From contig CAXBHX010000012.1 of NCBI GenBank assembly GCA_963975655.1, forward strand, positions 25,875 through 89,874: a stretch of DNA of 64,000 bases, in the 5' to 3' direction. Under the pieces are notes generated by a model. It did no database searches. It worked only from the letters and a program-made list of their open reading frames with translations, and was not told where the DNA came from. The position numbers were made by a program, and so were the translations under genes. This document shows positions 9,434 through 18,848 of this stretch, one piece after another. Numbering within the stretch: position 1 is the first letter of the stretch; each line of letters opens with the position of its first letter. This stretch comes from an uncultured Verrucomicrobiales bacterium (GTDB lineage Bacteria > Verrucomicrobiota > Verrucomicrobiia > Verrucomicrobiales > DEV007).

Positions 9434-10630
9434 TTATGGATTGGAGGGCTTCGCCACATTCACCCTGTCACCGTCGGAAAAGCGTCCCAGCATGCCACTG
9501 ATCAAAGACTCGCCTCCTTTCAGTCCATCAGTGATCTGAATTGTATTTCCGTCGTCAAGACCCGTTGAGACAGGCACTATCGAAACAGTGCTGTCAGAAA
9601 CCAAATAGACCGATGCGTTGCCGGTTTCGTCGAATCGGACAGCTGAAGCAGGGGCCAACACCACATCGGTGAAGGTCTCCAGAATGATGGTCGCCTCGCC
9701 AAAAAGACCTGGCAGAAGTTTACCCTCGGTATTGTCGATATCGATTTCGACAGTCATGGATCCTGATTTCGTATTGATAGAGCCCGATGTTCTGGAGACT
9801 TCGCCTTTGAACTCGACACCTGGTAGAGCTCTGCATCCAAAAACGGCCGCATCGCTCTGATCTGCATAAATAGATTGGAATTCTGGAACTGTGGTGACGA
9901 TTCTGACCTTATTGATCTGGGCCACCTCAAAGAGCGGAGTAATCTTACCGGAGCCACTTGAGGCATTAACGAGATCGCCCGGGTCGATATCGCGGTGAGT
10001 GATGACTCCATCAAACGGAGCTTTGATTTCAGAAAAACCAACCATCGTGACCAGTTCTTCCAATTCCTTTTCAGCTACGATCACCGCGGCTTTCGACCCT
10101 TCAACCTCCGCGGTAACCACTGCCATTCCTGCGCGGGCACTCCCAACACGACTCTCGGCCTCGTCACGGACTTTAACTGTGATCGCTCCGCTCTCGGCGA
10201 GACGGCTCACTCGCTCGAATTCCAGCTCCTCAGCCTTGGTTTGCGCAGCGACTGACAATTTGGAGGCTTCCAATTGCTTTGTTTTCGATTTCAGAAGAAG
10301 AATTTCAGCTTCCTTTCTCTCGGCCTGTGTTCTCAACTCTGGTGCGTCGATTTCGGCCAGAATATCGCCGGCTTTGACATGATCGCCGAGATCAACATTG
10401 AGTGACTTGACGTATCCAGAAACCCTCGAAGCGATTTGTGCTCTGAAAAATGGATGAACGGCAGCGGGTTGCGTTGTTGTCCGGGTAAGTGCCCCGCGTG
10501 TCGCTTCCACAACCTCCACCGTGACGAGATCGTCCGCAGCGCTGGAGTCAGCCGTGATGGAGTCAGCAGAGAAAAGTGCTGAAATCGATAGAATGACTGG
10601 AATTGCGAGTCTTGGACGACGTGGATTCAT
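9434..10630 (-). CDS. RND efflux periplasmic adaptor (MFP/HlyD family)
   Basis: 398 aa with a signal peptide, a lipoyl-like hairpin (VKAGDILAEIDAPEL ... IKAPFDGVIT) flanking a coiled coil, and a beta-barrel C-terminus. It is the first gene of the three-gene operon. Confidence 0.88.
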   Translation of the reverse strand: MNPRRPRLAIPVILSISALFSADSITADSSAADDLVTVEVVEATRGALTRTTTQPAAVHPFFRAQIASRVSGYVKSLNVDLGDHVKAGDILAEIDAPELRTQAERKEAEILLLKSKTKQLEASKLSVAAQTKAEELEFERVSRLAESGAITVKVRDEAESRVGSARAGMAVVTAEVEGSKAAVIVAEKELEELVTMVGFSEIKAPFDGVITHRDIDPGDLVNASSGSGKITPLFEVAQINKVRIVTTVPEFQSIYADQSDAAVFGCRALPGVEFKGEVSRTSGSINTKSGSMTVEIDIDNTEGKLLPGLFGEATIILETFTDVVLAPASAVRFDETGNASVYLVSDSTVSIVPVSTGLDDGNTIQITDGLKGGESLISGMLGRFSDGDRVNVAKPSNP

Positions 10631-10743
10631 GAAAATTTTATCAGCAATGACGGGATGGTAAGAGTTGCCGGTCCCAGTCGTATTACAAGAGGTAAATCAG
10701 GTGTCATTGCGGGGCTCCACTCAGCGATTTGAGTCAGCTATTC

Positions 10744-10776
10744 CACAAAAAAACCGGGGGTGATCTCCCCCGGTTT
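10744..10776 (-). terminator. rho-independent terminator after the porin gene
   Basis: On the minus strand: aaaccggggg-agatca-cccccggttt followed by a run of seven T. It lies 78 nt downstream of the porin stop (10854). Confidence 0.7.
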
Positions 10777-10853
10777 CAAAAGTTGCTCGAATTTCCGATG
10801 GGATGGCTCCTTCTGATGCCGCCCTGGATCGAATCGTGACCTGTGAAGAATTT

Positions 10854-12023
10854 CTACCAGCTGATTCGAATGCCGGAGGTGTATCCCCATCCGTCGTAGT
10901 CTCCGCCGTCATTGGCACGGTCAGTGGAAGTCGTGTATTCGACTCCATTTTGCCACTTCAGCTTGTGGCCGCAGAGGTAGTAGTTCACACCGAAGAAGAA
11001 CTCGTGGATTTTATCAGCTCGGCCGGTGGAGAGTCGGCTTTCGTAGCGGTCGAATCGAACGCTGTTGTCTCCCTTTCCATCCAAATAGTTGTAGCTGGCA
11101 ACCAGTTGGAGTTGGTCAGTGAGGTTGTAGAATGGCATCAATTGAAGGCCGAACACGTTCGACTGCCCAAAGTAGCCATCACCGAAGGCGAGGTCAGTCC
11201 AGATCCCTGATTGGCCGTTCTCGAATTTACCGTTCAATGATACGACATGCTCAAACGGACGGGTGCCATTGTTGTTCACGTCAGGATTCTGATAGACGTA
11301 GTCCAACCTCATGCTGGCATGGTCCAAACCGGTGGAGGAGGTGAAATCGTTACCCAGTGAAAACAGGCCGAACCATCCGCCTCTGAAATCTCCAAATTCC
11401 GGATTTGAGGAGGCAGAAAACCCGCCCACGTTGTAGGACCAGTTTCCAATCTCACCGTTGGCAGCTGCGCCAGTATGATACTCTCTGGGGAACCACAGGT
11501 TAGTAGAGAGAAGGCTTCGCTCCAGGCGAATCAATTTCTTAGAGGATGTGGCACCGTCGAGGGTGAATCCTGCAGATTGCTTGCCGAGTTTCAGTTCGAA
11601 TTCGTCGCTCGTGGACCAGGCGATGTAAGTGTCGGTGATGCCTCGGTAGGCGGGATTGACTCCGTTGTTGAAATTGAAACTTGCTTCTGAGTGAATGGTG
11701 AGATCGTCGAATACCTGGGCTTTGAAGCCGCTGCGAAAACGGCGCCATTGAAGTTTCTCGTATCGACTACCATGTGAATTGAAAAAGGCGGCATCCACCT
11801 GAGCTCTACCAGTGAAGCTGAGCTTCTGGAGCACCGAGTTGTCTGGATTCTCGTAGAGATCCATGTTGTCGAGGAAGTTGCAAACGGCCCATCCTGTATC
11901 AACAGCTGGGTTTTTGTCATCCATTACGACCTTGCTGTAGTCGCCAGCATGCAGCGCACCGAACGAAATTACTGCGGCAGTCGCGCCGAAAATGAATTTA
12001 TTAAACGTGTAGGGTTGTGTCAT
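10854..12023 (-). CDS. outer-membrane porin, phosphate-selective porin O/P-like
   Basis: 389 aa with a signal peptide (AAVISFGALHA), alternating beta-strand pattern and a C-terminal aromatic residue (GIRISW). The block KLQWRRFRSGFKAQVFDDLTIHSEASFN resembles the conserved RRxRxGxxG...E core of the Porin_O_P family. Confidence 0.6.
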   Translation of the reverse strand: MTQPYTFNKFIFGATAAVISFGALHAGDYSKVVMDDKNPAVDTGWAVCNFLDNMDLYENPDNSVLQKLSFTGRAQVDAAFFNSHGSRYEKLQWRRFRSGFKAQVFDDLTIHSEASFNFNNGVNPAYRGITDTYIAWSTSDEFELKLGKQSAGFTLDGATSSKKLIRLERSLLSTNLWFPREYHTGAAANGEIGNWSYNVGGFSASSNPEFGDFRGGWFGLFSLGNDFTSSTGLDHASMRLDYVYQNPDVNNNGTRPFEHVVSLNGKFENGQSGIWTDLAFGDGYFGQSNVFGLQLMPFYNLTDQLQLVASYNYLDGKGDNSVRFDRYESRLSTGRADKIHEFFFGVNYYLCGHKLKWQNGVEYTTSTDRANDGGDYDGWGYTSGIRISW

Positions 12024-12487
12024 TGATTCTTGTTGTGATGTTAATCAGTGCGCATTCTCTAACTGGGAAATCAGCAGCAATCTATTGAGCTTTAGTGACA
12101 GTTACGACACTCAGCCTGAGGTGCTGATATCAACGTAGGGGACCTTCTTCTTCACGGATGATTCGGCAAATGTTTTTTGGCAAAAAAGGGTCCGTCAGAC
12201 CATCAAATCATTTTGATTGAAGGCCGGAATTGTAGTATTTTAATTACATTTAACTAATTTATCGTTAATCTGTTATATGATTATTAATGAGCTATTGTGT
12301 CAACGGGGTGCACCGTTCGAGTTTGCAGGTTGCGCTCCGATCTGTATTTATGAATAAATGGCTTCCATTTCCTGTAAGGAGGCGTCCGCCGAATCAGATA
12401 CGAGATTCGCTTCCAAATACTGGATTTTTTCTCGACAGCGATGTCTCAGATGTGGATTCTTGCGGCTCAATTTCTATTTAGCGAATC

Positions 12488-13291
12488 ATGCCATACGTCA
12501 ACACAAACGGGATCAAGATGTACTACGAGGAAAAAGGCTCAGGTGAGCCCCTTATCCTTATCATGGGAATTACCGCAAGAGGGGAAGTCTGGGGTGCCCA
12601 TGACGAAGCGTGGAGCGAGAACTTTCGCTGTATCACACCGGACAATCGCGGCGTGGGACTGTCTGACAAGCCGGAGGGTGATTACACCAGTGAAATGATG
12701 GCCGATGACTACGCCGGCTTGATGGATGAGTTGGGAATCGAGAGAGCGCGCGTTGTCGGTTGTTCCATGGGGTCGATCATTGCGCAGCAGCTTTGCTTGC
12801 GTCATCCGGACAAAGTGCAGAGTGCCGTCCTGATGTGCCCTTGGGCGAGATGTGATAACTATGCTTCATCTGTCTTTCACCACATGACGACTTGTAAGGC
12901 GCACCTCGATAATGAGCAGTTCATGGAGTGGATTCAGCTGCTGATTTTCACGAAGCCTTTCTGGGATAGTGAGGAATGTCATGAGGCTCTGGTAGCGGGA
13001 CGCAGTGAGTTCGATGCGAATCCAGTCCCTCAGCCGCTTCACGGGCTTCGGGGACAGGCGGCTGCCTGTGTGGGGCACAATGTGGTTGACCAATTGGGGG
13101 ATATTTCGGTGCCTTGCCTCGTCATTGGCGGCAAGGAAGATATATTTACTCCTCTCTGGATGGCTGAAGAGGTTTCCGGGGGAATTTCGAACTGTGACAC
13201 CCACTTTTATGACGGGGCTGGTCACGCATTTCACTTCGAGAAAACGGATGATTTTAATCCGCGCGTGCTAGAGTGGTTGAAGGAGCACTGA
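12488..13291 (+). CDS. alpha/beta-fold hydrolase
   Basis: 267 aa with HG-like LILIMGI, the nucleophile elbow GCSMGS and a C-terminal GAGHAFH. The layout resembles the enol-lactonase/haloperoxidase type. Confidence 0.8.
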   Translation: MPYVNTNGIKMYYEEKGSGEPLILIMGITARGEVWGAHDEAWSENFRCITPDNRGVGLSDKPEGDYTSEMMADDYAGLMDELGIERARVVGCSMGSIIAQQLCLRHPDKVQSAVLMCPWARCDNYASSVFHHMTTCKAHLDNEQFMEWIQLLIFTKPFWDSEECHEALVAGRSEFDANPVPQPLHGLRGQAAACVGHNVVDQLGDISVPCLVIGGKEDIFTPLWMAEEVSGGISNCDTHFYDGAGHAFHFEKTDDFNPRVLEWLKEH

Positions 13292-13334
13292 GATATGCGA
13301 AGGCTTTTCAAGAACATCGACTGAATCAAACACT

Positions 13335-14201
13335 ATGGGTAACATCAAATTTGGATCGCAAGTCTACACCTGGTTCATGCAGGAAACGGGTAAGGGCTAT
13401 GACAATAAGCTCGATCACATGATCAAGATCGCCTCTCAGGCGGGTTTTGCCGGGATCGAGCCAATGGTGCTTGAAATTTCAGAGAGCGCTCTGGGATGTA
13501 GCAAATATTGGATGGGAGATTTCTGTGATCCTATCAAGCTGAAGGATTCGTTGCAGGAGCACAACATCGAGTTGGTCGGACTGTCTTTGATTTGTGGTTG
13601 GGATAATGACGAGGAGACGCCGGAAGAACGGGCCGCGGCCGATTTCACGATCGATTTTTTGAAGCACTTTCCCGGTGCCAAGTTGGGTACAGTGACTCTT
13701 CCAACGGGACGAGGTAACGATTTGCAGCGCCGACGCCTCAATATCGCCCGAAATCTTAACAGGGTGTCCAAGCGCGGTGTCGATGCGGGTTTGGTTTGTT
13801 CCTATCACCCCAACAGTCCTCCGGCATCGCTGGTCCGGACCCAATACGACTACGACGTGGTTCTCAGTTCGCTGGATCCGACGGTGACAGGGTGGACGCC
13901 TGATGTCGGCCACATCATTCGAGGGGGGATGGATGTGATCGAGACCCTTAATAAGTGGCAGCATTTGGTGAATCACATTCACTACAAGGATTTCTCAGGC
14001 AATGGCCCCGAGCCATGGGCGCAAATGGGAACCGGAAAACTCGATTTCCATAGAATCACGGAGTGGCTGACTCTTCGTAATTACGAGGGCTGGATCATCT
14101 GTGAGGATGAAGCTCACAAGGCCGTTGAGGACCCAGATGGAGTGACCTTGCAGAACGGCGAATGGTGTAAGGAGAATCTACACCCTCTCGTCGGTCTCTA
14201 A
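13335..14201 (+). CDS. sugar phosphate isomerase/epimerase (xylose-isomerase-like TIM barrel)
   Basis: 288 aa. The overall pattern (KFGSQVYTW..., AGFAGIEP, HPNS, HIHYKD, ICEDE) resembles IolE/AP-endonuclease-2 TIM barrels. It starts 43 nt after the hydrolase gene. Confidence 0.6.
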   Translation: MGNIKFGSQVYTWFMQETGKGYDNKLDHMIKIASQAGFAGIEPMVLEISESALGCSKYWMGDFCDPIKLKDSLQEHNIELVGLSLICGWDNDEETPEERAAADFTIDFLKHFPGAKLGTVTLPTGRGNDLQRRRLNIARNLNRVSKRGVDAGLVCSYHPNSPPASLVRTQYDYDVVLSSLDPTVTGWTPDVGHIIRGGMDVIETLNKWQHLVNHIHYKDFSGNGPEPWAQMGTGKLDFHRITEWLTLRNYEGWIICEDEAHKAVEDPDGVTLQNGEWCKENLHPLVGL

Positions 14202-14231
14202 GACTATAGTGAGACATACGTTTTATCTTCA

Positions 14232-14268
14232 ACAGGGTTGGGTCGAGCACTCAACCCTGTTTTTTTTG
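14232..14268 (+). terminator. rho-independent terminator
   Basis: acagggttg-ggtcgagcact-caaccctgt followed by a run of T, 31 nt after the stop at 14201. Confidence 0.75.
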
Positions 14269-14300
14269 GAGGGGGGACAAGTTGAGATCCTCCGGAAGAT

Positions 14301-15722
14301 ATGAAAGGCAACCGTAGTTCAGGCAGCGAAGGTAGCGCGAAGTACCCGATTTCCCGGGAGTGGTGGGCTGAATTTCTGCGTGATCTTAAGGCCGCGCCCA
14401 AAGGCGGTAATCTTAGCTTCGGCGCTGGAGTGGTTCTTCCCGCCATGATTGTGGCAGTTTTGACGGGATTTGTCCTTCTCACCAACTTCGATTTGGGCGT
14501 CGAAAATGCGATTTACCGGGCGGGTGGGGACTCGTGGGCGTTCGGGCAGAATTCGTTCTGGTGGGCTCTTTACAAGTTCGGAACCCTCCCCGCAGCGGTG
14601 GTGTTCGTGGGCGCGGGTATTGGTTATATTTTGAGTTGGTCCCGTTCTTCCTGGCGTGGATGGCGGCGGTTGTTTCTATTTTGCATTCTCCTTCTAGTCA
14701 TCTCGTCGGGCCTGATTGCCAATGCTGGTCTGAAGGAGTATTGGGGGCGTCCGAGGCCACGCGAAGTCGAGGGTCTTGGGGGACACCATCAATTTGAGCC
14801 GGTGCTATCAATTGATCATAGCAGTTCGGGAAAATCGTTTCCCTGTGGGCATGCCACGACGGGGTTCTACTTCCTGGGCGGTTTCTTTCTTCTTCGTCGG
14901 CACCGCAGGTCTTTGGCCCGGTTCTTTCTGGCTACTGGAGTCGTGTATGGAGGGCTGATGGGGGTTGCTCGAATGGTTCAGGGAGCCCACTTTTTCTCTG
15001 ACGTAGTTTGGGCCTGCGCCGTCTGCTATTTTACAGCGATAGGACTCTATTATGCCATGGGACTTCACAAGGGGCTTTGGAAGGTGCCGAAGAACCGGGG
15101 AAAGATGCCAGTTTGGCTTCGCCTCATTACTATTTTGGTTGCCATTGCAGGGGTGGCTGGCGTCCTGCTGGCATCGCCCTACCGTCAGCCGCGAAATTTA
15201 TATCTTCTTGAGGATTTCTCGAAGGAGAAGCCACTCCGGGTGCTACTCTCTTTCACTGTAGGGGCGCATGAGATCAAAGCTGGGGATACATTCCATCTGA
15301 CCGGTGAGGCGTATGGGCATGGTGTGCCAACCTCGATGATAGCCGAATTTTTCAACGAAGAGGATCTGGGAGAGGTGGCTCAAGTTGTGTATCACGAGCG
15401 GTTATCAGGATTCTTGACTGAAGTTAATGAGCAATTGGAGATACAAATCCCATGGCAGCGCACTCGCATCCTGCAATTGGACGCCGGGAAGGCTCAGGTC
15501 TGGTTTGAACTGGCAGCTACTGAAGGGACTCCCGAGATCCTTCTCAACAAAGGGGAGGAGGCGATACACTTCAAGCTGGAGGGTCAGCACCTCCTCATTC
15601 AGGGTGGCGACGGGGTGTTAATTGAGGGGCGCGAATTACTGAGCACTGCTCCAGAGAGTGAGGCTGACTACATCTTGCGGATCGGTAAAGAATTTCAGGG
15701 GAGAGTGATCATCGAGAAGTGA
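14301..15722 (+). CDS. PAP2-family membrane phosphatase with an unassigned C-terminal domain of about 200 aa
   Basis: All three PAP2 motifs are present in order: KEYWGRPRP, FPCGHA and GAHFFSDVVWA. There are several TM helices. I do not recognise the C-terminal third (from about YRQPRNLYLLEDF). Confidence 0.75.
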   Translation: MKGNRSSGSEGSAKYPISREWWAEFLRDLKAAPKGGNLSFGAGVVLPAMIVAVLTGFVLLTNFDLGVENAIYRAGGDSWAFGQNSFWWALYKFGTLPAAVVFVGAGIGYILSWSRSSWRGWRRLFLFCILLLVISSGLIANAGLKEYWGRPRPREVEGLGGHHQFEPVLSIDHSSSGKSFPCGHATTGFYFLGGFFLLRRHRRSLARFFLATGVVYGGLMGVARMVQGAHFFSDVVWACAVCYFTAIGLYYAMGLHKGLWKVPKNRGKMPVWLRLITILVAIAGVAGVLLASPYRQPRNLYLLEDFSKEKPLRVLLSFTVGAHEIKAGDTFHLTGEAYGHGVPTSMIAEFFNEEDLGEVAQVVYHERLSGFLTEVNEQLEIQIPWQRTRILQLDAGKAQVWFELAATEGTPEILLNKGEEAIHFKLEGQHLLIQGGDGVLIEGRELLSTAPESEADYILRIGKEFQGRVIIEK

Positions 15723-15775
15723 TTTCTTTAAAGTAGCTCTCGCAATCAGTTGGACTCACAATATCTTTTGATCGA

Positions 15776-17818
15776 ATGAAAGGGGAATTCAGGAGCAAAG
15801 AAACCAGTTGGCTATCGTTCAACGCTAGAGTGCTTCAGGAGGCGGCGGACCCAACTGTGCCTTTGTTCGAACGGATTAAATTCCTCGGGATCTACAGCTC
15901 CAATCAGGATGAGTTTTTCCGGGTTAGGGTAGCGACGTTGAAGCGGTTGGCTCTGCTTGGCGATGAATGGAAGCATCTTGGTATTCCAGATCCGAAAGTA
16001 ACTTTGAAAAAGGTGTCCCGCCTCGTGAGTTTGCAGGCAGGAGATTTTAATGTGGCCTACGCAAACGTGAAGGCTGACCTGGTATCCAACGGAATTCGGC
16101 TCATTGACGATACCGAGGTTCCTTCAGGTCTCCGCAGTTTCCTGCGAGACTATTTCCGGAGGGAAGTCAAACCTCACATTTTCCCAATTATCCTGAAAGC
16201 GGCCGCCAAGTTACCCCGGCTGAAAGATCTGCCAATGTACCTGGCTGTAAAAGCGTCTAAATCGGATGGCAGTGGGCGTCCGATGCATGCTTTGATTGAG
16301 ATTCCCGAAAACCTTCCCCGGTTTCTGGTCCTGCCGAAAACAGGCGAAGTCGAGTTGGTGATGTATCTCGATGACATCATTCGTTTTGGGTTGAAGGAAA
16401 TTTTCTCCACTTTCCCGTACGATCACTTTGAGTCATATGCGATCAAATTCACAAGGGATTCGGAACTTGATCTGGATGACGACTTTACGGAGAGCTTTTA
16501 CGAGAAGCTGGAAGACAGTTTGAAAGCGCGAGCGGAGGGCATCCCTATTCGGGCCACTTTTGATGAAAGATTTCCCAAATCCTTCCTGAACCTGATCCTA
16601 CGGAAGCTCAATTTAGCCCGCTCTGATTCTCTCTATCCGGGTGCGCGATACCACAATCGGCGGGATCTTCTCAGTTTCCCTAAATTCGATATTGCGGGTC
16701 TATCAAATCCCAAATCTGAGCCTGTTCCAGTTAAGTCCATCAAGAATAAGCGCGCGGGTATGTTCGCCGCCATCCGAAAGAAGGATATCCTTGTCCATGT
16801 GCCCTATCAGCCATTTCAGCACCTTATCACCCTTCTTCAGGAAGCCTCTATAGATCCGCTGGTTCAGCGGATCTCGATGACTCAATACCGACTCGCCGGT
16901 AGGTCTTGCATTGCAGGCGCGCTGCAGGCTGCAGCGCGGAATGGTAAAGAAGTGTTTGTGCTCGTCGAACCACAGGCTCGATTTGATGAGGAGGCAAATA
17001 TTAAATGGGCGAGCACCTATCGTGATGCCGGAGTCAAAGTTCAACTGGGTGTCGATGGGCTCAAAGTTCACAGTAAGCTCGTATTAATTACTCGGAGAGA
17101 ATCAGGAAAAGACCGTTTTTATACGGTGCTGGGAACGGGGAACTTCAATGAAGATACCGCGAATATTTTTGCGGACCATATGGTGATGACCTATCACCAG
17201 GAGATCGGTTTGGACGCGGCACAAATCTTCAAGTTCTGCCGACGGTCATACCATCCGCCCCAGTTGAAGCATCTCAAGTCAGCTCCATTTGACCTTCGCG
17301 GATTTATTCAGAGTAAGATAGAGAATGAGATCGCTAATCATCGAAACGGGCTAGCGTCCGGCATCTCCGTGAAGGTGAATAACTTTTCAGACGTGGAGAC
17401 CAATGCGCTAATCGCCAGAGCAGCGGAGGAGGGGGTTCCGGTTAGGCTAATTGTGCGCAGCATGTTTTCACTGGTGCTAGGGGACGATAGCCCGATTCAG
17501 GCCATCAGTATTGTGGACAAATATCTGGAGCACTCCCGGATGTTGATTTTCGAGAGTGGGGGAGATGCTGAAGTTTTCCTTTCCTCTGCGGACTTCTTGC
17601 CTCGCAATTTTGATTCGCGGGTTGAAACGATTTTTCCTGTCTACGACCGGAAACTCAAGAGTCAACTACAGGAATACTTTGAGATCCAATGGAGGGATAA
17701 TACTAAAGCGAGGATACTCGACCATGACTTGACTAACAGTTATCGAAGTAGGGCCGAAGGCACTGAGTCCGTCCGAGCTCAGTTTGAGATTGAGTCGTAT
17801 CTCAGGGAGGAAAACTAA
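15776..17818 (+). CDS. ppk: polyphosphate kinase 1
   Basis: 680 aa. The N-terminus SWLSFNARVLQEAADPTVPLFERIKFLGIYSSNQDEFFRVRV is diagnostic of PPK1. The C-terminal half carries two PLD-like HxK-type modules (VHSKLVLI ..., EHSRMLIF). Confidence 0.93.
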   Translation: MKGEFRSKETSWLSFNARVLQEAADPTVPLFERIKFLGIYSSNQDEFFRVRVATLKRLALLGDEWKHLGIPDPKVTLKKVSRLVSLQAGDFNVAYANVKADLVSNGIRLIDDTEVPSGLRSFLRDYFRREVKPHIFPIILKAAAKLPRLKDLPMYLAVKASKSDGSGRPMHALIEIPENLPRFLVLPKTGEVELVMYLDDIIRFGLKEIFSTFPYDHFESYAIKFTRDSELDLDDDFTESFYEKLEDSLKARAEGIPIRATFDERFPKSFLNLILRKLNLARSDSLYPGARYHNRRDLLSFPKFDIAGLSNPKSEPVPVKSIKNKRAGMFAAIRKKDILVHVPYQPFQHLITLLQEASIDPLVQRISMTQYRLAGRSCIAGALQAAARNGKEVFVLVEPQARFDEEANIKWASTYRDAGVKVQLGVDGLKVHSKLVLITRRESGKDRFYTVLGTGNFNEDTANIFADHMVMTYHQEIGLDAAQIFKFCRRSYHPPQLKHLKSAPFDLRGFIQSKIENEIANHRNGLASGISVKVNNFSDVETNALIARAAEEGVPVRLIVRSMFSLVLGDDSPIQAISIVDKYLEHSRMLIFESGGDAEVFLSSADFLPRNFDSRVETIFPVYDRKLKSQLQEYFEIQWRDNTKARILDHDLTNSYRSRAEGTESVRAQFEIESYLREEN

Positions 17819-17827
17819 TGGGGGTTG

Positions 17828-18826
17828 TCACTTCCAGTGTTCTTCAAGACTGTCCGTGGTGAGTTCGACTTCTCGCCGGCGGTGACTCCCTGGCGTGATA
17901 ACTTCCAGAGTGAAGGTGGATCTCACCGGTTTTGATCGAATCATACTGAGCAACTGATGCCGGCGTTTTACGGGCTTTCCGTCACAGCTTAAGATGACGT
18001 CAAAAGCTTTGACCCCCGACCGAGCGAGGGGGCGGCCCTCAAAAACCGGATTCACAATCAGTCCCTTAGTCCCTTTGGGCAGTTTCTCGAGCGTGGCGCG
18101 ATCTCCTGTCCACACCTCCCAGACATAGCCACCTATACCCGGTGTTTTTGCGAGGCTTTTTTCTCGAAGTAATCGGGCAACCGCCTCCGGAGGAGATACC
18201 ATGCTGAGACCGGATGAAGGGGCTCCTTGATCCCCGATTAGGCGGCCATGTTGGACTCCCACTGCCTCTCCAGACTGATTCACCCAAACTCCACCTGATG
18301 TAAGAACGGGACTGATACCCGCAGCAAAGAAATGAGCGATATAGCCCTTCGATGAGGAGAAGTCAGTGTAGCAGGTCCTGGAATCGGCGACATTTCCCGA
18401 GAGAATCAGGGTTCGTCGACGCAGAGCGGGCCCCAAGTTATAGATAGGGTTTGTTTCGGAAGGGGTCGTCGATGCGATTTTGAGGGCTCCGTATTCACTC
18501 ACTTCGGGTGGGACCTCAAGCAAAGCCAGGTCGTGACCGAGATTGTATGCGCTGAGCGACCCGAAATGGGACACATCGTCCTCCGTGACGACCATGCAGG
18601 TATCCTTTGGGCTCAGAAAAAGATGGGCCGCCGTAAGAACGTATGTTTTGCCGGCATTATCTCTGACAAAAGCACCACCACCGCGCAGCTGGCCTTTGAT
18701 GTGGATTTCCACTGCCGCCCGACGGACTTTCGTGAAGGTTGATCGAGACAGTTCCTGAGCGTGTGATGGAGAAAGGACGGAGGCAAGTGTCACGGCAAAC
18801 AGCGCGGCGGGGAAAATGCGGTTCAT
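17828..18826 (-). CDS. secreted trypsin-like (S1) serine protease with C-terminal PDZ domain
   Basis: I moved the start to the ATG at 18824-18826 (MNRIFPAALFAVTLASVLSPSHAQ, a signal peptide). Triad contexts are LTAAHLF, HDLALLEV and LTSGGVWV. The C-terminus is PDZ-like (GLIVNPVFEGRPLARSGVKAFDVILSCDGKPV). Confidence 0.75.
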   Translation of the reverse strand: MNRIFPAALFAVTLASVLSPSHAQELSRSTFTKVRRAAVEIHIKGQLRGGGAFVRDNAGKTYVLTAAHLFLSPKDTCMVVTEDDVSHFGSLSAYNLGHDLALLEVPPEVSEYGALKIASTTPSETNPIYNLGPALRRRTLILSGNVADSRTCYTDFSSSKGYIAHFFAAGISPVLTSGGVWVNQSGEAVGVQHGRLIGDQGAPSSGLSMVSPPEAVARLLREKSLAKTPGIGGYVWEVWTGDRATLEKLPKGTKGLIVNPVFEGRPLARSGVKAFDVILSCDGKPVKRRHQLLSMIRSKPVRSTFTLEVITPGSHRRREVELTTDSLEEHWK

Positions 18827-18848
18827 AGAGATCCGGAAAGGCACCAGA

